From an uncultured virus (IMG/VR IMGVR_UViG_3300036770_005540) (taxonomy: Duplodnaviria; Heunggongvirae; Uroviricota; Caudoviricetes): a stretch of 64,000 nt of DNA. The stretch covers positions 1-64,000 of IMG/VR virus record IMGVR_UViG_3300036770_005540. The stretch is one strand, 5' to 3'. This document shows, piece after piece, positions 9,936 through 19,230 of this stretch. Every line of letters starts with the position of its first letter. Positions within the stretch are counted from its first letter, which is position 1. A program made the translations under genes and the position numbers. The notes beneath the pieces are model-generated. The model was not told where the DNA came from and made no database searches. It was given only the letters and a program-made list of their open reading frames with translations.

Positions 9936-10108
9936 CCGAGACACTCACGACATTATTGCCTACGAAACAGAATTGGGTACAAAAGAACCCACCTATAGTC
10001 CCCCAAGGGAACTGTATGAAGCATATTTGAGGCATATCAATGCAGCAATTATCCATTCCTCCGAGCAGGTTAAGTACTTCGAGGAACTTTTCGAGGAAAC
10101 TGACCAAA

Positions 10109-10534
10109 ATGCCTGACGAAAAAGAAGAAGAACTTCTTACCCCTGACGAAATTAAGTCAGTTTTAGTCGAAATAATCGACAAAATTCAACCGCCGTGGGG
10201 CAAAACGATTGCATGCGATGATGGTTGGCATCAATTGGTCGCAAAATGCCACTTGGAACTCAAGGCCATGGACCCCAACTATGAGATTTTTCAAATAAAA
10301 GAGAAGTTTGGGACACTTCGTTTCTATTTTTTGACTCGAAAAAACGATTATGTCGAATTGGAAATGTGGAAAATATCCCAAAAATATGAATTGGCTTCAG
10401 CCGAGATATGTGAAATAACTGGAAAACCTGGAAAATTGATGCATAAAAATGGCCGCTACAAAACTCTTGCAGAGGAATACGCCCAGGATGGTTGGATGGT
10501 AGTCGAAACTGCAACTACCGACCAATTATCATAG
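10109..10534 (+). CDS. Conserved phage hypothetical protein
   Basis: GW...QIKEKFGTLRFY...ICEITG motif common in phage proteins. Confidence 0.65.
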   Translation: MPDEKEEELLTPDEIKSVLVEIIDKIQPPWGKTIACDDGWHQLVAKCHLELKAMDPNYEIFQIKEKFGTLRFYFLTRKNDYVELEMWKISQKYELASAEICEITGKPGKLMHKNGRYKTLAEEYAQDGWMVVETATTDQLS

Positions 10535-10538
10535 TGAA

Positions 10539-10937
10539 GTGACCACGGAACACAGAAAAGCACCGCGTAAAAAAGTTATCTCAATTCATAGAGTCGGAGC
10601 ATGGGGCCACATACTCTACGAACATAGACTTGAGTGTGGTCACACAGAGAGGAGGCCCAGGGCGGCTTCTTCTGAAACCCTTGCTTGCGCTTGGTGCTTT
10701 CGCTCACAAGCAAAAGAAATAGAAATAAGAGCGCTTGGCACACCCGCAAAGTCGGTAGATTTTGACGCTGCAGACAATGAAATAGATATTGCACGAATAA
10801 AAGCACAACTTGCGCACGTCCTTAGCGTGGCGCTTGAGCAGGTCGAAATATCCGTGGTTGACAAACTTGGCGAGCAAAAAATATCTGGCGCCGTTGTGTT
10901 CCTGTCGGAGGGGAATGTACGTAAACTAATCGGCTAA
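10539..10937 (+). CDS. Hypothetical protein with LECGH...CxxC putative Zn site
   Basis: ORF within a + strand operon-like run. Confidence 0.6.
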   Translation: MTTEHRKAPRKKVISIHRVGAWGHILYEHRLECGHTERRPRAASSETLACAWCFRSQAKEIEIRALGTPAKSVDFDAADNEIDIARIKAQLAHVLSVALEQVEISVVDKLGEQKISGAVVFLSEGNVRKLIG

Positions 10938-10953
10938 TGGGAAAGGGGACAAA

Positions 10954-11562
10954 ATGAGCAAGCGCAAAGAGTTCACCGAAGAGCAAAAGCAGGAGATAAT
11001 CCGATATCGGAGGGAAGGAAAATCATGCGAACTTATCGCCTTCTTTTTGCATTGCGGAAAAGAACGGGTTCGTAGATTCTGCAAGGAAAACGACATTCCA
11101 GTCGGCCAACCATCACGACAAAATAGTCATTATCCATCAAAATCCGTAGCAGAAGCGCAGATAATCTACACGCCATATCCGGATTTCTCGCTTGCCGCAT
11201 GTCGAGGAGAAAGTATTCAAACGTTTTTTCCATCTGCGCGAATGGCAAATGGGAATAAATCGGAAAAATTAAATTACTCGAGAGTTGTTATTAGGGCAAA
11301 AAAATTTTGTTCAGATTGTCCAGTGCAAGAAAAATGTCTTGATTATGCACTGCTTGCAGAGCCACATGGGATATGGGGTGGGACAACCGAAGAGGAGCGC
11401 GAATACCTTCGTTTAAAACTAAACATTAAATGCGAACGTGATTCTGGCCTTTCTACACGAATGGTTCGTCGCCATCTGGGCACGCATACATTCAAAATGA
11501 ACAATTTGACCAAGTATGACTTGAATCCGATTGTTTCTTCGAGGCTTTCAACACGTGTCTAG
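10954..11562 (+). CDS. whiB: WhiB-family regulator with N-terminal HTH
   Basis: AAC...FFP...C..CPV...CLDYAL...GIWGG, preceded by an HTH-like segment. Confidence 0.85.
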   Translation: MSKRKEFTEEQKQEIIRYRREGKSCELIAFFLHCGKERVRRFCKENDIPVGQPSRQNSHYPSKSVAEAQIIYTPYPDFSLAACRGESIQTFFPSARMANGNKSEKLNYSRVVIRAKKFCSDCPVQEKCLDYALLAEPHGIWGGTTEEEREYLRLKLNIKCERDSGLSTRMVRRHLGTHTFKMNNLTKYDLNPIVSSRLSTRV

Positions 11563-13273
11563 CATTTCGCCACAACTACAGAATGTTCTTGACCGCCTAC
11601 AGGGCGTCGTGCGCATTTCTGGAGGGTTTCAGGCGAAGTGCCCATGTCGCAACGATGACGACAATCCATCGTTTTCAGTATCCGAAGGTGAGGGTGGTAA
11701 GGTCGTTGTTTACTGTCATGCAGGGCGATGCAACACCCAGCAGGCGTGCGAGGCGATGGGCATAAAAATGGCAGACCTTTATCCGCAGAAAGCAAAAAAA
11801 GAACTTGACTTTGTTGCCAAGTATCAATACCTTGACGCTGACGGAACTCTACTTTTTGAAAAGTTGCGCTACATAGATAGGTCGTCTGGGAAAAAGGAAT
11901 TTCGTCAGCGCAAGCCAGATGGCAATGGTGGCTGGGAGTACAAACTTGGCGAAACTCCTCGGGTGCTTTACAACCTGCCAGCAGTTCTTAAAGCAAAACA
12001 GAATGGCGAACCAGTTTGGCTGGTCGAGGGGGAAAAAGATGCAGACACTCTCATCAAAATGGGTATATGTGCGACGACTATGCCCAATGGGGCTGGAACA
12101 TGGTTGCCCATCCACACCGAAGCCCTCTCTGGTGCAGTTGTGGAAATTATCGCCGACAAAGACGAAGCAGGGCTCGAACACGCAAAGTCGGTTTATCAGG
12201 AGTTAATAGATTCCGGTTGCGACGTTCAGGTGTGGACGTGCACACATGGCAAGGACATGACCGAGCATGTTGGTGCTGGGGGTCAGATTGACGAATTGGA
12301 AACTGTAAATCTCGATGCGATTGTCATTCCTAAGCCAACCGAAAATAAGTTGCAATCGGACACGCACGAGGGTCGGGCGATGAATGAAATAACCGACATG
12401 TTTTTGCGCGACGACATGTCGGAAAGTCAAAAATTACAGCGCGCACAACTTATTATTTCTCGCACGACTAGCACAAAAATAGTCGACACCGGAAGGCTTG
12501 TAACTTGGTCAGATTTCGTTGGTGAATCAGACGACGATTCATACGATTGGGTAATTCCTGGTTTATTGGAGCGCAACGAGAGGGTCATTATTGTTGCCGC
12601 AGAGGGTGTTGGCAAGACCATGCTTGCTCGCCAAGTGGCAATATGTGTTGGAATGGGAATACACCCATTTACATATCAACCAATAAAACCTCAAGTAACA
12701 CTTTCTGTTGACCTTGAAAACCCGGAAAGAATCATTAGGCGCACATCACGCTCGATATATGGGGCAGCAAAATCAGTGTCTCGTAATCCAAGCCCGCAAG
12801 CACATTTGCTAATAAAGCCCCAGGGTCTTGACCTTTTGCGAGCAGAAGACAGGGCAGTGTTGGAAGAAATGCTGGAAAAGACCAGGCCATCAATTCTGGT
12901 GATGGGTCCCCTGTACAAGGCATTTATAGACCCAGGCGGGAGAACCAGTGAGGCTGTAGCAATTGAAGTTGCCAGATACCTTGACACCATTAGGGATGTT
13001 TTCCAGTGCGCAATGTGGCTCGAACATCACGCACCGCTTGGAACATCGATGACAACCAGGGAACTTCGCCCATTTGGTTCTGCGGTTTGGTCTAGGTGGC
13101 CAGAATTTGGCGTATCACTTCAGCCCGACTCAACTGGAATGCCATTCCATTACGATGTGCGACACTTCAGGGGTGCTCGCGATGAGCGCCAATGGCCAAC
13201 TAGAATTAAGAGAGGCAAACGTTTCCCATTTGAGGTGGTCGAATGGCCATCCTCCATTAAGGCACCAACATGA
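11555..13273 (+). CDS. DNA primase-helicase (Zn finger + TOPRIM + RepA/AAA_25-like helicase)
   Basis: CPC...PS...CHAG.C Zn finger, VEGEKDAD and DKDEAG TOPRIM motifs, Walker A AEGVGKT, LEHH, GS..W. Confidence 0.88.
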   Translation: MSSISPQLQNVLDRLQGVVRISGGFQAKCPCRNDDDNPSFSVSEGEGGKVVVYCHAGRCNTQQACEAMGIKMADLYPQKAKKELDFVAKYQYLDADGTLLFEKLRYIDRSSGKKEFRQRKPDGNGGWEYKLGETPRVLYNLPAVLKAKQNGEPVWLVEGEKDADTLIKMGICATTMPNGAGTWLPIHTEALSGAVVEIIADKDEAGLEHAKSVYQELIDSGCDVQVWTCTHGKDMTEHVGAGGQIDELETVNLDAIVIPKPTENKLQSDTHEGRAMNEITDMFLRDDMSESQKLQRAQLIISRTTSTKIVDTGRLVTWSDFVGESDDDSYDWVIPGLLERNERVIIVAAEGVGKTMLARQVAICVGMGIHPFTYQPIKPQVTLSVDLENPERIIRRTSRSIYGAAKSVSRNPSPQAHLLIKPQGLDLLRAEDRAVLEEMLEKTRPSILVMGPLYKAFIDPGGRTSEAVAIEVARYLDTIRDVFQCAMWLEHHAPLGTSMTTRELRPFGSAVWSRWPEFGVSLQPDSTGMPFHYDVRHFRGARDERQWPTRIKRGKRFPFEVVEWPSSIKAPT

Positions 13274-13941
13274 GCAATACCCCAATGACAAAAGAGTTTC
13301 TCGCAGAAAGAGACACAAGAATTTTCAAGATGAAACAGGCTGGTGTCTCAATTTCAGAGATAGCCAAGCGATTTAATGTCTCCACAAAAGTTGTTTCAAT
13401 GGCCATTTCGCGCCAATTGGAAAAATTAAATAAAGAAAACGTCCTTGTTTACCCAGAAGTCCTTCGAATGGAACTGGAGAGGCTTGACGCAATGCAGGCA
13501 GCCCTATGGCCAATGACTCAGCACAGGAAGATAACACTGGATGACGGAACAGAAGTTGCCGTTGAGCCAGACATGAAAGCCGTAGACAAGGTTTTGGCGA
13601 TAATAAACACAAGAACAAGGCTGCTGGGCATGGAGCAGACCAAGGTAAGCATTCATACGGACGCAGTCCCAGATGGTGGCGGCGCTCCAATTAGGGCCTC
13701 TCTTGCCGGTCAGTCTGGAAATATTGGGGAAATAGATTCCTTTGACCCGGAGTCTGAGGCCAAAAAATTGCTCGAACTTATGGCTATTTCCGGTGTTCTT
13801 CCAGAGGAAACTGTCACCAAAATGCTTGGACAAGCGCCTATTATCGATGCCGAGGTGATTGAAAATGACGAATCAGGAGCAGGACAATCAGGAACAGGAC
13901 AACTTGCAAGCGGCAGTGAGCAAGGTGGCGGAAACCCTTAA
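13270..13941 (+). CDS. HTH DNA-binding protein, possibly terminase small subunit-like
   Basis: N-terminal HTH (GVSISEIAKRFNVS) and ELERLD...R.RLLG pattern. Confidence 0.5.
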   Translation: MSNTPMTKEFLAERDTRIFKMKQAGVSISEIAKRFNVSTKVVSMAISRQLEKLNKENVLVYPEVLRMELERLDAMQAALWPMTQHRKITLDDGTEVAVEPDMKAVDKVLAIINTRTRLLGMEQTKVSIHTDAVPDGGGAPIRASLAGQSGNIGEIDSFDPESEAKKLLELMAISGVLPEETVTKMLGQAPIIDAEVIENDESGAGQSGTGQLASGSEQGGGNP

Positions 13942-14197
13942 TCCAACGGTTTCAACAATCAGCAAAGACGACAGCGGCCCTGCGGATAAACAGGTTTTAA
14001 TTCGAACAACCGAGTCAGAAAAAGAAAAGTGGAAGAACGCAGCGGCAAAAGAAGGGATTCCGCTTTCCCAATTTGTTAGAGACACGCTTAACCAAAGGGC
14101 AACCGAACTTCTTGATTGTTCTCACCCAATTGAGCATCGACGATGGTATCCATGGGCTGAGTTTTGTCTTAAATGCGACACTAGATTGAGGGGATGA
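13865..14197 (+). CDS. Ribbon-helix-helix-like protein with C-terminal Zn motif
   Basis: QVLIRTT..EK..W..AA..EG..LSQFVR, then C.H...C..C. Confidence 0.6.
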   Translation: MTNQEQDNQEQDNLQAAVSKVAETLNPTVSTISKDDSGPADKQVLIRTTESEKEKWKNAAAKEGIPLSQFVRDTLNQRATELLDCSHPIEHRRWYPWAEFCLKCDTRLRG

Positions 14198-14691
14198 AAA
14201 TAGTTGAACTTGAACCATTCGAATATGAATGGGCTTCGCATGTTGGTACGCGTCGATACATAGAAAACTGGCCCAAAAAGGATGCTCCGTACTACAAAAA
14301 AGAACTTATGGAAGACGATAGAACGGCTCAAGTCGCGGCAGCCGTATGCGAGTTGGCTGTTGCAAAAATAACAAATCGCTATTGGTCTGGCCATGTATGG
14401 ACTGCCAGTGAACACAACTACTACAAAAACAAGACTCAAGATGTTGGCAGAAATATAGAGGTTCGCCGTGTTCGCACCGGGGATTCTGCCGCTGTCAGAA
14501 AACGTGACATGGGCAAAGGGCTTGTTCTTTTTGTGGCGAAAGCAATAATGCCAGAATTACGACAAGTTGAGGTCTGGGGGTACATCGACTATGACTACGC
14601 ATGGGAAATTGGCGAGCCAGCGCCATATTCTCCGGAAGATACGAGACTCGTGCACCGCAGTCACCTCACTGTGCACTATGGTCATAACTGA
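14194..14691 (+). CDS. Hypothetical protein (possible PD-(D/E)xK-like fold)
   Basis: ELAVA...DV...IEVR pattern. ATGA overlap with the upstream gene. Confidence 0.5.
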   Translation: MKIVELEPFEYEWASHVGTRRYIENWPKKDAPYYKKELMEDDRTAQVAAAVCELAVAKITNRYWSGHVWTASEHNYYKNKTQDVGRNIEVRRVRTGDSAAVRKRDMGKGLVLFVAKAIMPELRQVEVWGYIDYDYAWEIGEPAPYSPEDTRLVHRSHLTVHYGHN

Positions 14692-14725
14692 TGTTGGATA
14701 AATCTAACCAGAAAGAGAGAACTTT

Positions 14726-14971
14726 ATGAATTTTATAGATAGCCATGAAGTATCGCTTGACGTTCTTGGTGACGGTAAAGATATTTGGACTTGCAAGTGG
14801 TCCGGTAGTGATAAGGTTCAGGTCTTCAGAGGTGACTTCATCAATAATCGCATCCTGTTCAATCACATGCTTACGCTTGATTGCGCTGCGACGATGACGG
14901 TGGCAGAGTTCTGCGAGTGGGCTGAACAGTTGCTTTTGGGTCTAGTCAAACAGGAGTACAAAGAGATATGA
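14726..14971 (+). CDS. Hypothetical protein
   Basis: ORF coupled to speD by an ATGA overlap. Confidence 0.55.
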   Translation: MNFIDSHEVSLDVLGDGKDIWTCKWSGSDKVQVFRGDFINNRILFNHMLTLDCAATMTVAEFCEWAEQLLLGLVKQEYKEI

Positions 14972-15411
14972 GATATGTCGAAAAAAGGGCGCCGCAGCAC
15001 AATCATTTGCTAATCAATGCAAAAACTCCGTTTCCGCTTACGAACAAGCGGAGAATGAAAAAGTGGCTAAAAGGGCTCGTTCACGATATTGGGATGTACA
15101 GAATCGCTGGACCCTTTGTTCACTACGTTGACAAGCCTGGCAATAAGGGTTTGACGGCTGTTGTAATGATTGAGACAAGCCACATCGCCCTGCACATCTG
15201 GGATGAGCCGGTACCAGCACATATACAATTCGATATATACACCTGCAGTGGGCTTGATGTTGAATTGACTCTTTTGAAAATTGTTAGTGATTTCCAAATC
15301 ACACAAATTGACTGGGTCTTCTATGACCGGGAAAAAGGCTTTAAGGAAGTCTCCAAGGGAAATTCAGTTGGCGACATTATGAAGGGCCGCAACAAGCCTC
15401 CAGTAATTTAG
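14968..15411 (+). CDS. speD: S-adenosylmethionine decarboxylase proenzyme
   Basis: GLTAVVMIETSHIALHIWDE (pyruvoyl-forming SH motif) and FDIYTC. Confidence 0.85.
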   Translation: MRYVEKRAPQHNHLLINAKTPFPLTNKRRMKKWLKGLVHDIGMYRIAGPFVHYVDKPGNKGLTAVVMIETSHIALHIWDEPVPAHIQFDIYTCSGLDVELTLLKIVSDFQITQIDWVFYDREKGFKEVSKGNSVGDIMKGRNKPPVI

Positions 15412-17378
15412 TCGCTAACTTTATTCAAAAGCGACAAAACCAACTGCGTTCCAAGGTCAGATTCTTCGTCAAGAGAAGCGCCGTCAACTGCAGTGTTCAC
15501 AACGCTTCGCTTGGAGGCAATGAGTGAGTAAATCTCCTCATCTATCGTTCCAGCACAAAGCGCATAGGTGGCGGTAACTGAACCCTTTTGGCCCATTCGG
15601 TGAAGTCGCGAGTATGTTTGGTCAAGGTCGGCTGGTGTCCACGGCAATTCAACAAAGATGATGTCTTGGGCTGCCGTAAGGGTGTGTCCAGTCTTTGCAG
15701 CCTGAATTGAAATGGTTATCACTTGCGCTTTGGGGTCGCCCTGAAACTTTCGTTTGACGTCTTCGACTTCCTCAACACTCATTCCGCCTTGTATTTTCAA
15801 ACCACCAAAACGATTAGCAAGTTCATCAACGATGTCTCTGTGATGAGCGGCAATAACGACTTTGGCGCCACCTTCAGTTCGTTGCTGAACCCACTCAATG
15901 ACGCTCTCCATCTTTGCTTTGGCGGCCAAGCGCCGCAAAACCGACAGCCTGACCAAGTTCTGTGCGTGCTCTGCTTTTATCCTGGCTATTACTGCTGCAG
16001 ACTTGGGATTTGTGCCTAGTTCTTTTGCTATTTCTTTTGCTCGCTCTACGAGATACAAAACAATGTCTTTTTCTGCCTTTGCATACTCCGCCATCGCTGC
16101 GGTTGTTCCAACCAGGGTCATTTCCTGATGAAACACTGGAGGCAATTCAGTCAAAACCTGGTCTTTTGTGCGGCGTATGTAGCAAACGGAACGAAGTTTG
16201 TCGTTTAATTCCTCCAAATTGGACGAACCCTCAAGATGCCACTGCCCCCATTTGTCTTGAAACGCAGCGCAATAACGGCGGTAAAAACCCCATACCCCAC
16301 CAAAATCCTTAATCTTGCCAAGTATGTCGAGTTGCGCCACATACTCTGCTGGTCGGTTGGTGACTGGTGTTCCAGTTAGGCAAAGAACAGGAGTTCCAGA
16401 TGGAGAAGAGCCGACAATCTTTCTGGCTGACTTGGTGCGCTTGGCGGTCAAGGTCTTGCAGTAATGGCTCTCATCCAAAACATACGCATGATGTCCGATG
16501 AGGTGTGACTCCCAATATGAAATATTCGAATACCCAATCACCAAAACGTCGTAGTCGCCCTTTTGCGGAAATTCTTTTTGCCCTTTTCCGGCAAGCACCG
16601 TAGCCACTCGCCTAGCGGGTAGCCATTTGCCGTATTCGGCCTTCCAGTTAAGGACCAAGTTGGGTGGACACATTACTACCGCCGGGTAACAACCAGCACC
16701 ATCTGCATACAACGCCTCTAACGTGGCTATTGCTTGTAGGGTTTTACCAAGACCCATCTCGTCTGCAATGAAACAGCGCTTGGCGCGCTTGGCGTATGCA
16801 ACTCCTGCCTTTTGGTACGGGAGCATGTTGTTTTCAAGGTTGGTATCGCCAATCTTTATTTCTGCTTCTGTGGCCCTGGATGCCTCATTGAGTTCCAGTA
16901 GTTGCGCATTGATTTGAGCAGCCATCATCGTGACATCGGCAGATACCGACTTGTTAAAGCGCTGCGCCCACTGGATGCTTTCGTTTATTGCGGTTAGCGG
17001 CGCACGCCACGCTCCGGTAGATTTATCCCAAGTGACAGAAGGTATCTGTTTAACCGACCTCACCATAACGGGGTCATACGGAAAGGATATGTAGATGTCA
17101 CCGTCTTTCTCATAGACCCCAACATCTTGGGCACTTCGCCTGGTCGGAAGTGTAAATACAAGCACCTCATTGTCTATGTCAAAGCCATGCTTGGTCGCAA
17201 ATGAGCGCGCCTGGGACACCTGGGCAACTGGACAGCGCCACAAGCGAGCAACTTTGTCCCACTTGCAATCCGGTATCCGCTTTACCTCGGCTACCTGTTC
17301 TTGGTTGTATGGGAAATCCAAAGCAAGGGTGTCATTGTCCAAAAATAGCCGTGCCATCGGACTCAATTTTATCTCCAA
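15408..17378 (-). CDS. SNF2-family helicase with two N-terminal HARP-like domains (SMARCAL1-like)
   Basis: ADEMGLGKT, LDESH, LTGTP..N and RLHRMGQ motifs. Two FPY...VK.IP...WDK....W repeats. Confidence 0.9.
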   Translation of the reverse strand: MEIKLSPMARLFLDNDTLALDFPYNQEQVAEVKRIPDCKWDKVARLWRCPVAQVSQARSFATKHGFDIDNEVLVFTLPTRRSAQDVGVYEKDGDIYISFPYDPVMVRSVKQIPSVTWDKSTGAWRAPLTAINESIQWAQRFNKSVSADVTMMAAQINAQLLELNEASRATEAEIKIGDTNLENNMLPYQKAGVAYAKRAKRCFIADEMGLGKTLQAIATLEALYADGAGCYPAVVMCPPNLVLNWKAEYGKWLPARRVATVLAGKGQKEFPQKGDYDVLVIGYSNISYWESHLIGHHAYVLDESHYCKTLTAKRTKSARKIVGSSPSGTPVLCLTGTPVTNRPAEYVAQLDILGKIKDFGGVWGFYRRYCAAFQDKWGQWHLEGSSNLEELNDKLRSVCYIRRTKDQVLTELPPVFHQEMTLVGTTAAMAEYAKAEKDIVLYLVERAKEIAKELGTNPKSAAVIARIKAEHAQNLVRLSVLRRLAAKAKMESVIEWVQQRTEGGAKVVIAAHHRDIVDELANRFGGLKIQGGMSVEEVEDVKRKFQGDPKAQVITISIQAAKTGHTLTAAQDIIFVELPWTPADLDQTYSRLHRMGQKGSVTATYALCAGTIDEEIYSLIASKRSVVNTAVDGASLDEESDLGTQLVLSLLNKVSD

Positions 17379-17396
17379 TCCATGTAGTGTGTCGGG

Positions 17397-17852
17397 GTGG
17401 GAAAAAACTCGGCGTACGACATTCCTTCTTTACGTTCTACTTTTCTCAAAGACCTGGAATACGGAGAGCAGGGAGAAGCACTCGTATCATCGTTCCTAGA
17501 ATGCATTTCTGAAGGCGATTTTGAGGTAAAAAGCGACAGATACAGGAATGGGCGAATGGCAGTAGAAACTGACCAAAACCCGAGGGCAGCCCTAGATGAA
17601 CAAGGCAATCCTATCTGGGTAAAAAGCGGGATAAATCTAACCAAAGCGAAGTGGTGGGTATATATTTTTTCCCCTGATGGTGCTTTTATCGTCGTTTCAG
17701 TTGACAGGCTCAAAAAATACTTGCGAGCCAATAAACGCATATTCAATGAATCAACAAAAATCAATTTTGGTAAGCCAGACAATCCAGCAAAAGGATTCCT
17801 TTTGTATCCACAGCATGTTCAGGACCTGATGACCAATCCTGCGTTTGGATAA
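17397..17852 (+). CDS. PD-(D/E)xK nuclease-like phage protein
   Basis: DL..G..GE, FEVKSD, AVE, SGI..T.A.WW. Confidence 0.55.
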   Translation: MGKNSAYDIPSLRSTFLKDLEYGEQGEALVSSFLECISEGDFEVKSDRYRNGRMAVETDQNPRAALDEQGNPIWVKSGINLTKAKWWVYIFSPDGAFIVVSVDRLKKYLRANKRIFNESTKINFGKPDNPAKGFLLYPQHVQDLMTNPAFG

Positions 17853-17923
17853 ATCTAACCAGAGTTTGGGAGTTCACAAATTGTGGTGTAGGTGCCCCCG
17901 CGCACACCGAGAGCGTCGAAAAA

Positions 17924-19189
17924 GTCCCGCACACTTTTGGTCTATGGGGTTGGCAAACGCCTGTTCGCTTACGGCAACGACGAACACTCGTTCGCACCCT
18001 CCAAATAGCGTCCCGATGAGCGCAAGAGCAACGCTGAACAACACCACGCCCAACCATAGCACAGGTCAAATACACGTCCCGTTTGCCGAAGTGGTGCGCC
18101 ACAAACCTGAGTGTGTCGCAGAAATAGTCGCACTCAACGCCATACACGCCCCGTTTGCCATATCAGTCGTGTATCGCAGTCGCAACACGCCGTTTCACTA
18201 CGCCCCGTTAGGCGCATAGCATTGTGTGTTGTTACGCATACGCATACGAAGTTGCCCATCACCTAGCCCCGTAGCGCATAGCGTTTCGCATAGCGCAGCG
18301 CAGTCGCATACGCATACGCCCCGTATTCATTAGTCTTTTCGTGTGTGTCGCATACGCATTTCGTATCGCTTGTCGCATCTAGCCCCGTGAGCCATAGCCA
18401 TAGCAACACGCAGGCACACATACACGTCCCGTATGCGCCGTGCGCTGGTGTGTGTGAGCATACGCATAGCCAACCCATAGCCACTATGCCCCGTATGTCG
18501 CATACGCATTCAGATACACACGCCCCGTTGAGTTTTTCGCAGGCTTCACGGGTGACCTACGGGCATACCCTACCTATGACAACACCACACACCACCACGC
18601 ATCTAGTCCCGTAGGTAGTGATAGGTATTTGTAATCAGTAGTCACGCACCATAGCAAGCCCATACCCCTACCCCTATGTGTGTCGCATCTAGCCCCGTAA
18701 GCACTACACCATAGGGATACCCCCACACCACGCCTACCGTGTGTGGCTTCATCTAGCCCCGTGACGCATACAACCTTTCGTAAAGGACTTGATACTTAGC
18801 CGCCCCGTGTTTTCGCAAGGCTCACGGGTGGCTTACGGGTGCTTACACCTACCTACACCACTGCCTACACCACACACGCATCTAGCCCCGTAGGCACTTG
18901 ACTACACGCCACCTGCCCATAACCACATTTGGTCGTTGCTGAACATAGGCCCCGTAGTCGCCTATCGCAGTCAAGCGATACGACATCTCGCTTATGAGAG
19001 TGCTTCACTATGCCCCGTATGGCGTGTGAGAGACTGAACACGGCGCAAGAGCCGTGTGTCTACTTGCGCCCCGCACAACATAGTCGCAGAACAGCACTTG
19101 TAGACAAACGATAATCAGCCCCGTACAAAACACGGATTTTGAGGGTTTTTTCAGCGTTTTTAGTGCTGTACTCAGCGCACTCAGCCCCG
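17924..19189 (+). repeat. Non-coding array of 21 co-oriented GYCCCG hexamers (about 63-bp mean spacing) in purine/pyrimidine-alternating sequence
   Basis: Copies at 17924, 18010, 18076, 18148, 18202, 18266, 18318, 18382, 18426, 18488, 18522, 18606, 18692, 18756, 18802, 18885, 18949, 19012, 19068, 19118 and 19184, often as ATCTAGCCCCGT. No credible ORF. Confidence 0.88.
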
Positions 19190-19230
19190 TGCCATAATAA
19201 AAGAACCCGATTACACCAAAAAGGACTTGT

